Notes: generated by a model from the sequence alone, not told the origin. Positions 9,319 to 20,514 are shown, counted from the first letter of the stretch. The stretch: 64,000 nt of DNA from Gammaproteobacteria bacterium (GCA_021648525.1 JAKISP010000010.1:5695-69694), one strand, 5' to 3'. Made by a program: numbers and translations.

Positions 9319-10115
9319 GGGCATTTGTACTGATGGTACTGGCGCTTAACGTGGCTTTTTTTGCGTGGCAATTTCTGGTGAAAGATGAGGTGGAGCCAGC
9401 GGTGTCAGAAGAGGTATTGACGCCATCTGCTGGCGTGAGTGGTGCAGCAACGTTGGCGTTAGTCAGTGAAGTGTCGTCAATTGCCATTGATGTGATTCCT
9501 GTTCAGCCAGTGGCGTTGGTCGAAGCGCCAGTGGTGGTACCAGACCCAGACCCCGTGGACCTTACTGATGCTGCAATACCATCTGTTACTAATGCAGAGG
9601 TTGACGAAGAGCTTGTTGCCCCTGCGTTAGTGGCACTTTGTTACAAAGCGGGGCCGTTTAAGCAGCGTGCGCAGCCTCAGGAATTGGTGGTGATGGCGGA
9701 ACAGTATGGTTTTGATGTTGCGGTTACTGCGCGTGAGGTTGAAAGCCTGTTGGGTGAGTGGATTTATCTAACGGAGTACGCGTCGGTTAAATCGGCACGG
9801 GATGATGTGACGGCGCTTAAGGCTCAGGGGATTGTAGATGTTGCCGTGACGCGGCTGGAGAATGGTCAGTTGATTATTTCATTAGGAATCTTTGGGCAAA
9901 AAGAGACGCGAAAACGGCGCTTGCGTGAGCTGAGGGCGTTGGGTTATGTGAATTATCAAACTAAAAAGCGGTATCGTAAAAAAGAAGAGTTTTGGCTGGT
10001 GCTTTCAGGATTTGAGGGCGAGCAGCAGCGTATTATGGCCGATGAACTGGGTGTGACGCTTTCGGATCGTTTTCCGACCGCACAACTGATGCCAGTTGGT
10101 TGCATTAAATTGTAA
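9315..10115 (+). CDS. SPOR domain-containing protein (peptidoglycan-binding, divisome-associated)
   Basis: It overlaps the coaX stop by 4 nt. It has an N-terminal TM helix, a Pro/Val-rich linker and a C-terminal SPOR-like fold (YLTEY...ALKAQGIVDVAV...QLIISLGIFGQKE...LRALGY). Confidence 0.6.
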   Translation: MRAFVLMVLALNVAFFAWQFLVKDEVEPAVSEEVLTPSAGVSGAATLALVSEVSSIAIDVIPVQPVALVEAPVVVPDPDPVDLTDAAIPSVTNAEVDEELVAPALVALCYKAGPFKQRAQPQELVVMAEQYGFDVAVTAREVESLLGEWIYLTEYASVKSARDDVTALKAQGIVDVAVTRLENGQLIISLGIFGQKETRKRRLRELRALGYVNYQTKKRYRKKEEFWLVLSGFEGEQQRIMADELGVTLSDRFPTAQLMPVGCIKL

Positions 10116-10133
10116 ACCCAGATCTCCCAACGC

Positions 10134-10496
10134 TCAATTCCCAGTATAATTAGCCGCAATATAATGCCCATCTAAACTAAAAAACAGATACAGGGTCTGT
10201 TTGCTGGCGTCACTCATTTTTTTGTTATTAAAAGTGATCACCCACTCAGGGCCATTTTTGTAACTCTTCTGTTCAATTGTGGCGGCTTCAAGGCCTGACC
10301 AGCTGTTATCTATTTTTCCTTTTTTTGCGAGTTGTTCAACTTTCATTGCGGCGCGGGTGGTGGCTTCTTCACTGTTGATTGTTTTGTGTGCGTGGCTATG
10401 GCCGCCATCTTTGTCGTGTTCATGACCGCTGCCTGCGATTGCTGGTGTGCCTAATAGTAGTGATGATAAAAAGAGTACTGTGATGATATTTTTCAT
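10134..10496 (-). CDS. periplasmic His-rich small protein (hypothetical; metal-binding candidate)
   Basis: The start is MKNIIT at 10496 with a GGAGA RBS. It has a signal peptide followed by GSGHEHDKDGGHSHAHK. It is directly downstream of the HupE/UreJ-like gene. Confidence 0.5.
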   Translation of the reverse strand: MKNIITVLFLSSLLLGTPAIAGSGHEHDKDGGHSHAHKTINSEEATTRAAMKVEQLAKKGKIDNSWSGLEAATIEQKSYKNGPEWVITFNNKKMSDASKQTLYLFFSLDGHYIAANYTGN

Positions 10497-10609
10497 GATT
10501 TCTCCATAATTTTTTAATTTGTCTACCCCAGTGTAGACCGAGGCCTGGCAGTGTTCTGTTAAAACTTGACCCGACACCCGAGGCTGTATTCCTTTAATTC
10601 TCAATTCCG

Positions 10610-11410
10610 TTAGTCGAGGGAGTCGTGGGTATTTTCCTTAATCAACTTCGCGGCGCGTGCTTCATCCATTTTAATATGTTCGTGTGCATGGTTATCTGCA
10701 CTAAAGCCAAATTCATCCGGGTGCGTGGTGTGAGAATAGCCGTGCATCTGCATCATGAAAAGATAGATGCCAGCAAAGATTAAACCATAGTTTGAGATAC
10801 GACTAAATAGCTGAAATGATGGTCGCTTGCGCCATCCAGCGAGTACGATCAGCATCACGGTTAGTGCGAGTATCTGCCCGGCCTCGATGCCGATATTGAA
10901 AGAGATGATATTCATCAATAGATCATCTTCACTGAGTGGCAGTTGTTGCAGGCGAGTTGATAGTCCAAGGCCATGAATTAAACCGAGTGAGGTGATCATC
11001 AATAAAAGATTCGGTGGTCTGACCTCAAGGTACTTACGAAAGCCATCGATATTGGCAAAGGCGATGTAGCAGACACTGAGGGCGATAATGGCATCGATCA
11101 AAAAATAGTTCACCTGAATGCCATTAAAGGTGGCGAAGATTAGCGTGACGCTATGTCCTAATGTAAACGCGGTGATGTACTTAACGATGTCTTTAAAACG
11201 GGTGAGAAGGAAGACGATGCCAAAGACAAAAAAGAGATGGTCGTACCCCGAGAGCATATGTGTGGCACCAATCCACATGTAGCGTAGATTACCACCTTCG
11301 ATGATCGACTGCTTTTCAGCCTCGGACATGCCGTGGCCAAAGGCGGCTGTGGCAGCGAGCGTTAAGGTAATGGCAAGCAGCCATCGTGATTGTTTAAGTA
11401 GCGCTAGCAT
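10610..11410 (-). CDS. HupE/UreJ-family membrane protein (putative Ni/Co/Zn uptake) with a His-rich C-terminal tail
   Basis: It has a signal peptide followed by ...FGHG..., a GYDHLFFVFG motif as in HupE/UreJ, about 6 TM helices and the tail HGYSHTTHPDEF...HAHEH. Confidence 0.55.
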   Translation of the reverse strand: MLALLKQSRWLLAITLTLAATAAFGHGMSEAEKQSIIEGGNLRYMWIGATHMLSGYDHLFFVFGIVFLLTRFKDIVKYITAFTLGHSVTLIFATFNGIQVNYFLIDAIIALSVCYIAFANIDGFRKYLEVRPPNLLLMITSLGLIHGLGLSTRLQQLPLSEDDLLMNIISFNIGIEAGQILALTVMLIVLAGWRKRPSFQLFSRISNYGLIFAGIYLFMMQMHGYSHTTHPDEFGFSADNHAHEHIKMDEARAAKLIKENTHDSLD

Positions 11411-11547
11411 TGAAGCCTCTTTTTTAGTGTTTTTAAAGCAGTGATGAGTATCAATAGCAACGAATGAGGTGAGTGTCGGGTTAACAGTGTCATTGATGAT
11501 GAAAAAAAGTATAACGAACCGGATGAGCTGATACTACCCTTACATTT

Positions 11548-12552
11548 TTATTTGCCAACACTGATGTCACTGGCGTGGTGTTTTAACCAGCCGACGATGC
11601 GCTTACTGAGTACCCGTTCCTGGCCCCTGAATGAGTGGTTGGCGCCAGTGATCTGAAATTTGCGATAGGCGATAAATTCACCTGTTTTACTGAGGGCCCC
11701 GCTGTTGGTCGCGGCGCGATTGAAGTCAGTGAGCGGTCTGTTTTTTGAGGTCCTGAGACCACTGCGACGGGCGGCGAGGGTACGTTTTTCTGAATTGTCG
11801 ATGACGCTGTCGAGGTCGTTGCTGCCGTAGACATCGAGCATTGGCAGGTTTAATTTTTCAATTGACCGGGTCAGATCCATCCACTCTTCTTCACCTCGAT
11901 AATAAGGCATGCTGATGCCAACGAAGGCAGTAATACCGCTATCTGGGGTGTTGGCGAGGAATGCCGCGCCCATTGTTGAGCCGAGGCCGTGCCCTAGTAG
12001 CACAATATTGCTGTTGCCGATGCTACGAAAATGCTCAATAGCGGCCTTGATACGCTCGGTGACACTGTTGAACGTATCCGCATAGTCGGCGGGTTGTCCA
12101 CCTTTTTCAAAGACGGGTAGTTGAATCGAGAGTGTCGCCCAGCCATTTTTTGGTAGCGAGCGGCGCAGTGGCGAGATCACATCGGGCCAGTCGGGGTGAC
12201 CGCCCATGCCGTGAAGTAAAATCACTCCGCCGCGCAAGGTTGCGGTGAAATTATCGTTGTAGAGGGCGATGAATTTTTCGCTGGGTGTTTGTAACCATCT
12301 AATTTCATTCGGGTTTGATGATTTCATCAGCACCTGTTCCCAGCTAATTTCCTGTGTTTCAGGTGAGTTTGCCGCATGTGCCCACGGTGTTAAAAGGTGT
12401 ATTAACAGGAGCGTGAACAGTAAAAATGATGGGATAAGGCACGATAATAGCCTCCGTTGACCGCTATTTGCGCTGTCAGCGTGGTGATCGAATGTGGATG
12501 ATAAACAGGCCATATCACTGAAATATATCGGTAACACCAGGAAAAACCGCAC
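11548..12552 (-). CDS. alpha/beta-hydrolase-fold protein (secreted; nucleophile elbow degenerate, GHGLG)
   Basis: It has a signal-like hydrophobic N-terminus, LLHGMGGHPDW, and LLGHGLGS where GxSxG is expected. The exact start is uncertain. Confidence 0.55.
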   Translation of the reverse strand: MRFFLVLPIYFSDMACLSSTFDHHADSANSGQRRLLSCLIPSFLLFTLLLIHLLTPWAHAANSPETQEISWEQVLMKSSNPNEIRWLQTPSEKFIALYNDNFTATLRGGVILLHGMGGHPDWPDVISPLRRSLPKNGWATLSIQLPVFEKGGQPADYADTFNSVTERIKAAIEHFRSIGNSNIVLLGHGLGSTMGAAFLANTPDSGITAFVGISMPYYRGEEEWMDLTRSIEKLNLPMLDVYGSNDLDSVIDNSEKRTLAARRSGLRTSKNRPLTDFNRAATNSGALSKTGEFIAYRKFQITGANHSFRGQERVLSKRIVGWLKHHASDISVGK

Positions 12553-12671
12553 GATTATTCAGTCTGAAGAGTGAAAACAGGCGCGTTTTCGGGTAGAATT
12601 TCGGGTTCGTTTTTTGAGCTCAATCCATCTGTGGGATCAACCCCGTGGAATATATAAAAAAGAGGAACACC

Positions 12672-13361
12672 ATGAAAGACTTCCTGATTGCCCCATCTAT
12701 CCTGTCTGCTGATTTTGCGCGCCTTGGAGAAGAGGTGGATAACGTACTGGCTTCTGGTGCTGATGTTGTCCATTTCGACGTGATGGACAATCACTATGTG
12801 CCAAATCTGACCATCGGGCCATTGGTTTGTGATGCGCTGCGTAAGCATGGTGTGACCGCTGAGATTGATGTGCATCTAATGGTGAAGCCAGTTGATCGCA
12901 TCATCCCTGATTTTGCCGCCGCGGGTGCGAGCTACATCACCTTTCATCCAGAAGCGAGTGAACATATCGACCGCTCATTGCAGTTGATCCGCGGTGAAGG
13001 GTGTAAGTCTGGCCTGGTATTCAATCCTGCTACCTCGCTTGATTGCCTGAAATATGTGATGGATAAGGTAGACATGATTCTGCTGATGTCGGTTAACCCT
13101 GGCTTCGGTGGGCAGAGTTTCATCCCTGCAACACTGGATAAGCTGCGTGAAGCGCGACAGCTGATCGACGACAGCGGTTATGACATCCGCCTTGAAATTG
13201 ATGGTGGTGTGAAGGTTGATAACATTCGTGAAATCGCTGCAGCAGGTGCGGATACCTTTGTTGCCGGTTCTGCCATCTTTAATGCGGCCAATGAGTCTGA
13301 TGCCAGCGATTACAATAGTGTGCTGGCTGCGCTGCGTGCAGAGTTAGCAAAGGCGCGTTAA
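12672..13361 (+). CDS. rpe: ribulose-phosphate 3-epimerase
   Basis: The start is [22 protein letters not shown]. It has a complete TIM-barrel Rpe signature ([24 protein letters not shown]). Confidence 0.9.
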   Translation: MKDFLIAPSILSADFARLGEEVDNVLASGADVVHFDVMDNHYVPNLTIGPLVCDALRKHGVTAEIDVHLMVKPVDRIIPDFAAAGASYITFHPEASEHIDRSLQLIRGEGCKSGLVFNPATSLDCLKYVMDKVDMILLMSVNPGFGGQSFIPATLDKLREARQLIDDSGYDIRLEIDGGVKVDNIREIAAAGADTFVAGSAIFNAANESDASDYNSVLAALRAELAKAR

Positions 13362-13363
13362 AC

Positions 13364-14038
13364 GTGAGTTTGAGCCGACAACCAACGCTGGTACTGATCG
13401 ATCTCGACGGCACCCTGGTTGATAGTGTGCCAGACCTCGCTTACTGTCTGGATGAGATGATGAAAGCCCTTGGCCTTGCGCCGTGGGGCATTGAAAAGGC
13501 ACGCGGCTGGGTCGGTAACGGGGTAGACCGGCTGGTGATGCGCGCGCTGACCAATACCTTATGGGAAGATCCGACGGAGGCGCTGTTCGCCAGGGCGCAG
13601 CCGATTTTTATGGCACTTTATGCGGACAATACCAGTGGCCGTAGCCGTCTTTATGATGGTGTGGTTGAGGGGCTGGATTTCCTGAAATCGGCGGGCTTTA
13701 AGGTGGGGTGTGTTACCAATAAGGCAGAGGCCTTCACGGTGCCGTTGCTAAAAGAGGTGGGTATTCATGACTACTTTGAGATCATCGTCAGTGGGGATAC
13801 TACTGCGAAGAAAAAGCCGGATCCGATGCCGTTGTTGTATGCGGCAGAGAAAATGGGCGAAGCGGCTGAAGACTGCTTGATGATTGGAGACTCAATGCAT
13901 GATGTTGAAGCGGCGCGTCATGCAAAGTTTCAGGTGGTAAGTGTGCCATACGGTTATAATCACGGTGTTGATATTCGTGACGCAAAGCCCGATGTGGTGA
14001 TTGAATCGCTGGCAGAATTAAAGACGTTACTGAGTTAA
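13364..14038 (+). CDS. gph: phosphoglycolate phosphatase (HAD family)
   Basis: It has the HAD motif I (LIDLDGTLVDS), motif II and motif IV (IGDSMHDVEAA). It is in the classical rpe-gph arrangement. Confidence 0.8.
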   Translation: MSLSRQPTLVLIDLDGTLVDSVPDLAYCLDEMMKALGLAPWGIEKARGWVGNGVDRLVMRALTNTLWEDPTEALFARAQPIFMALYADNTSGRSRLYDGVVEGLDFLKSAGFKVGCVTNKAEAFTVPLLKEVGIHDYFEIIVSGDTTAKKKPDPMPLLYAAEKMGEAAEDCLMIGDSMHDVEAARHAKFQVVSVPYGYNHGVDIRDAKPDVVIESLAELKTLLS

Positions 14039-14170
14039 TTAAACGTTCAGGATTAAGTTGATGAAATTTGAAACACTAATGAAAATGATGCCGAAGAGCG
14101 GTGGCATACGATGGCGTGGCTAACAAACCACGACACCGTAACCCCAGTCTTTTGATATTAACGTTGATTA

Positions 14171-15682
14171 GTGATGCAGATGAAACATGAACAATTTGAA
14201 AAATTAAGTGCACAGGGATACTCCCGTATCCCGGTGATGCGCGAAGTGCTAGCGGATCTTGATACGCCGCTCAGTACCTATCTTAAACTGGCCAACGCCC
14301 CTTACACCTATCTATTTGAATCGGTGCAGGGTGGTGAGACCTGGGGCCGTTATTCTATGATTGGCCTGCCTGCGCGTACCTTGATGCGGGTGTTTGGGCA
14401 TGAAATTTGTGTTGAGCACGATGGCAACGAGATTGAGAAGGTGACGGTGGCGGATCCGCTGGCATGGATCGAATCGTATCAGGCACGTTATCACGTGCCT
14501 GAACTCGATGGCCTGCCGCGTTTTACTGGCGGCCTGGTGGGGTACTTTGGTTATGACACGATTCGTTATATCGAACCGCGCCTGGTTAAATGCCCGAATC
14601 CCGATGAACTGGGTACGCCAGATATCCTGTTGATGGTCTCCGATGAGGTGGTGGTGTTCGATAACCTCGGCGGCAAGCTCTATATCATCGTGCATGCAGA
14701 CCCAGCTCAGAGCGATGCACTGGTGCAGGCAGAGCAACGCCTTGATGAATTGCAGGGGCAGCTGGCGTGCGAGATTCCACGTAAAAATATCTATAGTGGT
14801 GAACCATCAATGAGCGAGTCAGACTTTATTTCTGGCTTTACTCAGGAAGGGTTTGAGTCGGCGGTTAATCGAGCTAAAAAATATATCGTTGAAGGGGATG
14901 TGATGCAGGTGGTGCTGTCGCAGCGTCTGTCGGTGCCGTATCAAGCAGAGCCACTTGATCTTTATCGGGTGTTGCGTAACCTGAATCCATCGCCCTATAT
15001 GTATTTTTTGAATCTTGGTGAATTCCAGATTGTCGGTTCATCGCCTGAGATTTTGACGCGCCTTGAAGAAGGTGTGGTAGAAGTGCGGCCAATCGCAGGC
15101 ACGCGTCCACGCGGTGAAACACCCGAGGCAGATCATCAGCTTGAAGTCGAGCTGCTGGCTGACCCAAAAGAGCTGGCGGAGCATCTGATGTTGATCGACC
15201 TGGGGCGTAACGATGTCGGCCGTGTCGCGGAAACTGGTTCGGTTAAGTTGACCGAGAAGATGTTGATCGAACGCTATTCGCATGTGATGCATATCGTCTC
15301 TAATGTGAAGGGCAAGCTAAAAGAAAACCTGTCGGCGATGGATGTTTTGCGTGCCACTTTTCCAGCCGGTACGGTGAGCGGTGCACCAAAGATTCGCGCG
15401 ATGCAGATCATCGATGAGCTGGAGCCGACTAAGCGTGGCATCTATTCCGGTGCGGTTGGTTACCTCGGCTGGAACGGTAATATGGATACCGCGATTGCGA
15501 TTCGTACGGCGGTGATCAAAGATAACAAACTCTATATTCAGGTGGGTGCCGGTATCGTTGCCGATTCTGTGCCGCGCAATGAGTGGGATGAGACGATGAA
15601 CAAGGGACGCGCGATGTTCCGAGCGGTTGCCATGGTGAGTGGACCAGGGGTGAGCGACGAAGGAGACCAGTCATGTTGTTGA
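14171..15682 (+). CDS. trpE: anthranilate synthase component I
   Basis: It is 503 aa. It has chorismate-binding enzyme motifs ([33 protein letters not shown]). Confidence 0.9.
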   Translation: MMQMKHEQFEKLSAQGYSRIPVMREVLADLDTPLSTYLKLANAPYTYLFESVQGGETWGRYSMIGLPARTLMRVFGHEICVEHDGNEIEKVTVADPLAWIESYQARYHVPELDGLPRFTGGLVGYFGYDTIRYIEPRLVKCPNPDELGTPDILLMVSDEVVVFDNLGGKLYIIVHADPAQSDALVQAEQRLDELQGQLACEIPRKNIYSGEPSMSESDFISGFTQEGFESAVNRAKKYIVEGDVMQVVLSQRLSVPYQAEPLDLYRVLRNLNPSPYMYFLNLGEFQIVGSSPEILTRLEEGVVEVRPIAGTRPRGETPEADHQLEVELLADPKELAEHLMLIDLGRNDVGRVAETGSVKLTEKMLIERYSHVMHIVSNVKGKLKENLSAMDVLRATFPAGTVSGAPKIRAMQIIDELEPTKRGIYSGAVGYLGWNGNMDTAIAIRTAVIKDNKLYIQVGAGIVADSVPRNEWDETMNKGRAMFRAVAMVSGPGVSDEGDQSCC

Positions 15683-16257
15683 TGATCGATAACTACGATT
15701 CGTTTACCTATAACCTGGTGCAGTATTTTGGTGAACTCGGTGTGCAGGTGGAAGTGCATCGTAATGACCAGATCACGCTTGAACAGATTGAAGCGTTGAA
15801 GCCAGAGCGTATCGTGATCTCACCGGGGCCCTGCACGCCGAATGAAGCGGGGGTATCGCTGGCAGTGGTTGATCACTTTGCTGGCAAGTTGCCGCTGTTC
15901 GGGGTTTGTCTTGGCTATCAAAGTATTGGCCAGGCCTTTGGTGCAAAGGTGGTGCACGCCAGGACCATCATGCACGGCAAGACCTCGATGGTGCGGCATC
16001 ATGATGTTGGTGTTTTTAAAGGGTTGAAAAACCCGCTAGAAGCGACCCGTTACCATTCTCTGGTGCTGGCGGCTGATAGCCTGCCGGATTGCCTGGAAGT
16101 GACCGCATGGACCGAAGATGAAAATGGCGAACTGGATGAGATCATGGGTGTGCGCCATAAAACACTCGCGATTGAAGGGGTGCAGTTTCATCCCGAATCG
16201 ATCCTCACCGAATGTGGGCATGAGATGTTGAAGAATTTTTTAGAGGCGTCTGTTTAA
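15673..16257 (+). CDS. trpG: anthranilate synthase component II (glutamine amidotransferase)
   Basis: It is 194 aa. It has a GATase class-I triad (GVCLGYQ, ...H...E). Its start overlaps the trpE stop by 10 nt. Confidence 0.9.
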   Translation: MLLMIDNYDSFTYNLVQYFGELGVQVEVHRNDQITLEQIEALKPERIVISPGPCTPNEAGVSLAVVDHFAGKLPLFGVCLGYQSIGQAFGAKVVHARTIMHGKTSMVRHHDVGVFKGLKNPLEATRYHSLVLAADSLPDCLEVTAWTEDENGELDEIMGVRHKTLAIEGVQFHPESILTECGHEMLKNFLEASV

Positions 16258-16270
16258 GCATTAAAATGTA

Positions 16271-16348
16271 GCCCGGGCTGAGTTTCAGGCGAAACCCGGG
16301 GATGCGTGGCGTTGTTCTCCCGGGTTTCGCCTGAAGCTCAGCCCGGGC
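16271..16348. repeat. long imperfect palindrome (30-nt arms with 1 mismatch and an 18-nt loop), REP-like or hairpin element between trpG and trpD
   Basis: The left arm is gcccgggctgagtttcaggcgaaacccggg. The right arm is cccgggtttcgcctgaagctcagcccgggc. There is no downstream T-run. Confidence 0.6.
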
Positions 16349-16379
16349 TACGTTGGTAGGTTTAATGGGAGAGAAAAGT

Positions 16380-17396
16380 ATGGACATGCAGGCGGCAATT
16401 GGTGCGGTGACAGAAAGGCGTGATCTCTCCGAGGGTGAGATGAGTGATGTGATGCGCACCATCATGACCGGTGATGCAACGCAGGCACAGATCGGTGGTT
16501 TTCTGATTGGCCTGCGTATGAAGGGGGAAACGGTTGATGAGATCACTGCTGCGGCGAAGATCATGCGTGAACTGGCAACGCCGGTGACGGTCTCTGGCCC
16601 TCATCTCGTTGATACCTGCGGTACCGGTGGTGATGGAGCGAGCACCTTTAACATCTCAACGGCGAGTGCTTTTGTGGTGGCGGCAGTGGGCGGCAAAGTC
16701 GCGAAACATGGCAATCGTTCTATCTCCAGTAAATCAGGCAGTGCCGATGTGCTGGAGGCGGCGGGTGTGCGCCTTGATCTGAATGCGAATCAGGTCACGC
16801 AGTGTGTCAATCAGGTTGATGTCGGTTTTATGTTTTCGCCGCAACATCACGGTGCGATGAAGCATGCGATCGGCCCGCGTAAAGAGATGGGCGTGCGTAC
16901 GCTGTTTAACCTATTGGGGCCACTGACTAACCCAGCCAATGCACCGAATCAGGTAATGGGGGTGTTTAGTGGCGAGTGGGTTGAACCGTTGGCCGAGGTG
17001 TTGGGTAAGCTGGGCAGCGAGCATGTGATGGTGGTTCACGCCGATGACGGTATGGATGAGATCAGTATCGGTTCGGCCACGCAGGTGGCTGAGTTGAAAG
17101 ATGGCAAGGTAACGACTTATAAAATCTCTCCAGAAAATTTTGGTATGACGATGGGTGATTGCAGCACACTTGCAGTGGTGGATGCCAATGAAAGCCTGCA
17201 GGTGATTCGTTCGGTATTGAATGGTGAGAAGGGTGCTGCGCATGACATTGTGGCACTCAATGCCGGCGCAGCAATCTATGTGGCAGGCCTCGCCGATTCA
17301 CTTGAAGTGGGTGTTAAAAAAGCGCAGGCGGTGATGAATGATGGCAGCGCCAATGCAAAGCTGGACCAACTGATTAGTTTTACCAAAGCGCTATAG
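16380..17396 (+). CDS. trpD: anthranilate phosphoribosyltransferase
   Basis: The start is MDMQAAIG after GGGAGAG. It has the GTGGDG and HGNRS motifs. Confidence 0.9.
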   Translation: MDMQAAIGAVTERRDLSEGEMSDVMRTIMTGDATQAQIGGFLIGLRMKGETVDEITAAAKIMRELATPVTVSGPHLVDTCGTGGDGASTFNISTASAFVVAAVGGKVAKHGNRSISSKSGSADVLEAAGVRLDLNANQVTQCVNQVDVGFMFSPQHHGAMKHAIGPRKEMGVRTLFNLLGPLTNPANAPNQVMGVFSGEWVEPLAEVLGKLGSEHVMVVHADDGMDEISIGSATQVAELKDGKVTTYKISPENFGMTMGDCSTLAVVDANESLQVIRSVLNGEKGAAHDIVALNAGAAIYVAGLADSLEVGVKKAQAVMNDGSANAKLDQLISFTKAL

Positions 17397-17428
17397 ATAT
17401 TAGCAATACAAAGATAGGGTGTTAAACA

Positions 17429-18223
17429 ATGGCGCAGGCGGATATTCTAAAAAAGATTCTGGCACGTAAGCGTGAAGAGATCACTGAGCGTAGTGCGTTG
17501 GTTTCAGTCAATGCGCTTAAACAGCAGATTGAAACGGCGTCACCTGTGCGTGATTTTACGGGGGCGATGCAGGCAAAGCTTGGTGCTGGAAAGTCTGCTG
17601 TGATCGCTGAAATTAAAAAGGCATCGCCAAGCAAGGGCGTGCTGCGTGAAGACTTCCACCCTGCCGAGATTGCAGTGTCTTATGAAAAAGGTGGTGCGGC
17701 CTGTTTGTCAATTTTGACTGATCGTGATTTTTTTCAGGGCAGTGAAGCGTATCTGCAGCAGGCACGTGCAGCGTGTAGCCTGCCGGTAATTCGTAAAGAT
17801 TTTATTATTGATGAATATCAGGTCTATGAGGCGCGTGCGATTGGTGCGGACTGTATTCTGCTGATCGTTGCCGCACTGGATGACGCGCAGCTGATATTGC
17901 TAGCAAACCTTGCCAAGCAACTTGGCATGTCGGTATTGGTTGAGGTGCATGATGCGGAAGAACTTGAGCGTGCCAAAGTGTTGAAAACGCCATTGTTTGG
18001 GGTGAATAATCGTAATCTTAAGACCTTTGAAGTCTCATTGCAAAATACCATTGAGCTGTTGGTTGCGATGCCTGATGGATGTATCGTGATCACAGAGAGC
18101 GGAATTCGCGTACACGCAGATGTGGAATTGATGCGTAAAAATCATGTCAATAGCTTTCTGGTTGGTGAGGCGTTTATGCGTTGTGAAGATCCCGGTAGGC
18201 GTCTGGCGGAGCTTTTTGTGTAG
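17429..18223 (+). CDS. trpC: indole-3-glycerol phosphate synthase
   Basis: It is 264 aa. It has a TIM-barrel IGPS signature ([26 protein letters not shown]). Confidence 0.9.
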   Translation: MAQADILKKILARKREEITERSALVSVNALKQQIETASPVRDFTGAMQAKLGAGKSAVIAEIKKASPSKGVLREDFHPAEIAVSYEKGGAACLSILTDRDFFQGSEAYLQQARAACSLPVIRKDFIIDEYQVYEARAIGADCILLIVAALDDAQLILLANLAKQLGMSVLVEVHDAEELERAKVLKTPLFGVNNRNLKTFEVSLQNTIELLVAMPDGCIVITESGIRVHADVELMRKNHVNSFLVGEAFMRCEDPGRRLAELFV

Positions 18224-18358
18224 TTGTTTATATTTGTGACTAAAGCCGCGCAATATCGCGTCGATAAGTGATAAATATAATCAGGTAACAGGGAGGATGG
18301 CTCTTTAAACCAGGGATAGCCGCTCTGTTTTTCTTTGACTAACAAAAAGGAAGACGTG

Positions 18359-19657
18359 ATGCCTAAGGGAATCCTACAGGCCACGATGTGTGGCGTTTTG
18401 TTTGCGGCGACAGGTTCCGTGGTTGCGGCCCCATTTAGCTCTTTTGATCCTCGTTCATATGGCATGGGTGGTACGGGTGTCGCTTCTGGCACTAGCGCCA
18501 ATGCTGGTTTTTTTAACCCCTCATTATTAGCGACAGCGGACGAAGACGAGGACTTTAGTCTTGAGTTTCCGATTATTGGTGGGCGTGCAGCAGATCCTGG
18601 TGATTTGATAGATGCGATTGATGATTTTGATAGCAGCAATTATATCGATCAATTTGATACCGCGCGCCAGGCAATAGATGCTGCGATTACTACAAATGAT
18701 GTGGCGGCTCTTGATAATGCTCGGCAGCCTATGGTTGATGCGACTAATAATCTGATTACAGGGCTGGATGCACTTAATAATAAGGCGTTGATCGCAGAAC
18801 TTGAGGCTGGATTAGTGGTGGGCATCCCGAGCAAAAAATTTGGAGCATCACTCTATGTTCGTGGTTGGGTGGTTGGGGGAGCGCAGGCGGTTATTTCGTC
18901 AGCGGATCTCGCGGTTCTTCAAACCATTTCTGATTCACTGGCAACGTTAACTATTGCTGATTCTTTAACGGGTGACCCGATTCTTACTTCTGCGATTGAT
19001 GTTCGTTTTGCTGGTATCAGTGAAGTGGGGTTGTCGTTGGCGCGTGAATTCAATATTGCTGGGCATGATATTGCGATCGGTATCACGCCCAAATATGTCA
19101 GTATTGAGACCTATGATTTTCGTATCGGTGACGAATCGGATCCGACAACGATCAGCCTGGATGAGGCTGAAATTGATCTGGATAGTGGCCAACTCGATGA
19201 TTCTGGTGTTGATCTGGATGTTGGTATTGCGAGAGACTTTGGTAATGGCTGGAAGGCCGGCCTGGTGGTGAAAAATTTAATCGGGCAGGAATTTAAGACC
19301 GTTCGGGGCAATATATTTGAGCTTAAGACCCAGGCCCGGGTGGGTGTTTCTCACCAGACTGAGTGGACGACAGTCGCGTTTGACCTGGATCTTATTGAGA
19401 ATGATCCTGTTATTAAAGATAAGGATACCGGTCTGGGGTTCGATAAAGAGACCCAGTATGCAGCCATTGGTGCTGAATTTGATATGTGGGATGTCGTTCA
19501 GTTTCGCGCTGGCTATCGTCATAACATGAGTGATAGTGATACCAGTATTATGACGGCCGGGTTTGGATTGTCACCATTTGGGGTACATATCGACGTGGCA
19601 GTAGCGGGTAACGATGATGAACTGGGCGGCTCGTTACAGTTAGGCTTTCGCTTCTAG
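18359..19657 (+). CDS. outer-membrane beta-barrel protein (TraF_2/FadL-like family, putative)
   Basis: It has a signal peptide. The motif YGMGGTGVASG...NPSLLA lies near the N-terminus. The C-terminus ends ...LQLGFRF with an aromatic terminal residue typical of OMPs. Confidence 0.45.
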   Translation: MPKGILQATMCGVLFAATGSVVAAPFSSFDPRSYGMGGTGVASGTSANAGFFNPSLLATADEDEDFSLEFPIIGGRAADPGDLIDAIDDFDSSNYIDQFDTARQAIDAAITTNDVAALDNARQPMVDATNNLITGLDALNNKALIAELEAGLVVGIPSKKFGASLYVRGWVVGGAQAVISSADLAVLQTISDSLATLTIADSLTGDPILTSAIDVRFAGISEVGLSLAREFNIAGHDIAIGITPKYVSIETYDFRIGDESDPTTISLDEAEIDLDSGQLDDSGVDLDVGIARDFGNGWKAGLVVKNLIGQEFKTVRGNIFELKTQARVGVSHQTEWTTVAFDLDLIENDPVIKDKDTGLGFDKETQYAAIGAEFDMWDVVQFRAGYRHNMSDSDTSIMTAGFGLSPFGVHIDVAVAGNDDELGGSLQLGFRF

Positions 19658-19682
19658 CGCTAATTGCAGATTCCAGGAGCAG

Positions 19683-19720
19683 AAACGGCGCAGTTGATGA
19701 ATTAACCGCGCCGTTTTTAT
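19683..19720. terminator. rho-independent terminator, possibly bidirectional, between the OMP gene and the convergent crp/vfr
   Basis: The stem is aacggcgc ... gcgccgtt and is followed by a TTTTTAT run. Confidence 0.4.
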
Positions 19721-19735
19721 GTTTATCGACTGGCT

Positions 19736-20380
19736 TTAGCGAGTGCCAAAGACGACGATCGTTTTGCCCTGAGCCGTGAGCAGATTTTGTTCTTCCATGC
19801 TTTTCAGAACGCGGCCGGCCATTTCGCGAGAGCAGCCCACGATGCGGCCAATCTCCTGGCGGGTGATCTTGATCTGCATCCCGTCTGGGTGGGTGATGGC
19901 ATCGGGTTCCTTGCAGAGATCAAGCAATGTGCCAGCGATGCGCCCTGCGACATCCATAAAGGCGAGTCTTCCCACCATGCCGCTGGTGCGGCGCAGGCGA
20001 AGCGCCATCTGTGAGGAGAGTGCAAAGAGGATATCAGGATATTCGGAGGCGAGGCTGCGGAATTTACTGTAGTTGATTTCGGCTAGTTCGCATTGGCTTT
20101 TGGCGCGCACCCAGGCACTGCGCTTTTTCTGATCGTCGAATAGCCCCATCTCGCCGAAAAAATCACCCGCATTGAGATAAGCGAGCACGATTTCATTGCC
20201 GTCATCTTCATCCTCAATCAGCACGGTCACAGACCCCTCAACTATGTAGTAGAGAGAGTCTGGTGCATCACCCGCATAGATGATCACGCTTTTGGCAGGA
20301 TAACGCCGACGGTGGCAGTGTTGTAAAAAGCGATCAATGGTTGTTGCGAGCTTGTCAGGTTTCTTTTCGATCATAGCCAT
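19736..20380 (-). CDS. vfr: cAMP-receptor-protein family global regulator (Crp/Vfr)
   Basis: The start is MAMIEKK. It has a cNMP-binding domain ([37 protein letters not shown]) and a C-terminal HTH ([20 protein letters not shown]). It lies in the Pseudomonas-like trpC-vfr-osmC synteny. Confidence 0.85.
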   Translation of the reverse strand: MAMIEKKPDKLATTIDRFLQHCHRRRYPAKSVIIYAGDAPDSLYYIVEGSVTVLIEDEDDGNEIVLAYLNAGDFFGEMGLFDDQKKRSAWVRAKSQCELAEINYSKFRSLASEYPDILFALSSQMALRLRRTSGMVGRLAFMDVAGRIAGTLLDLCKEPDAITHPDGMQIKITRQEIGRIVGCSREMAGRVLKSMEEQNLLTAQGKTIVVFGTR

Positions 20381-20514
20381 AGCCTTACTTCGCCTTTGCA
20401 TCAAGTTGGAATTCGGTGTTGAACAGCAATCTGTCATTACGTATCAATATTGGGTCTCTCAAGGTGTATCATACATCCTTATCGGTAGATTGCGTTATTT
20501 GAAGAGGGTTATTG

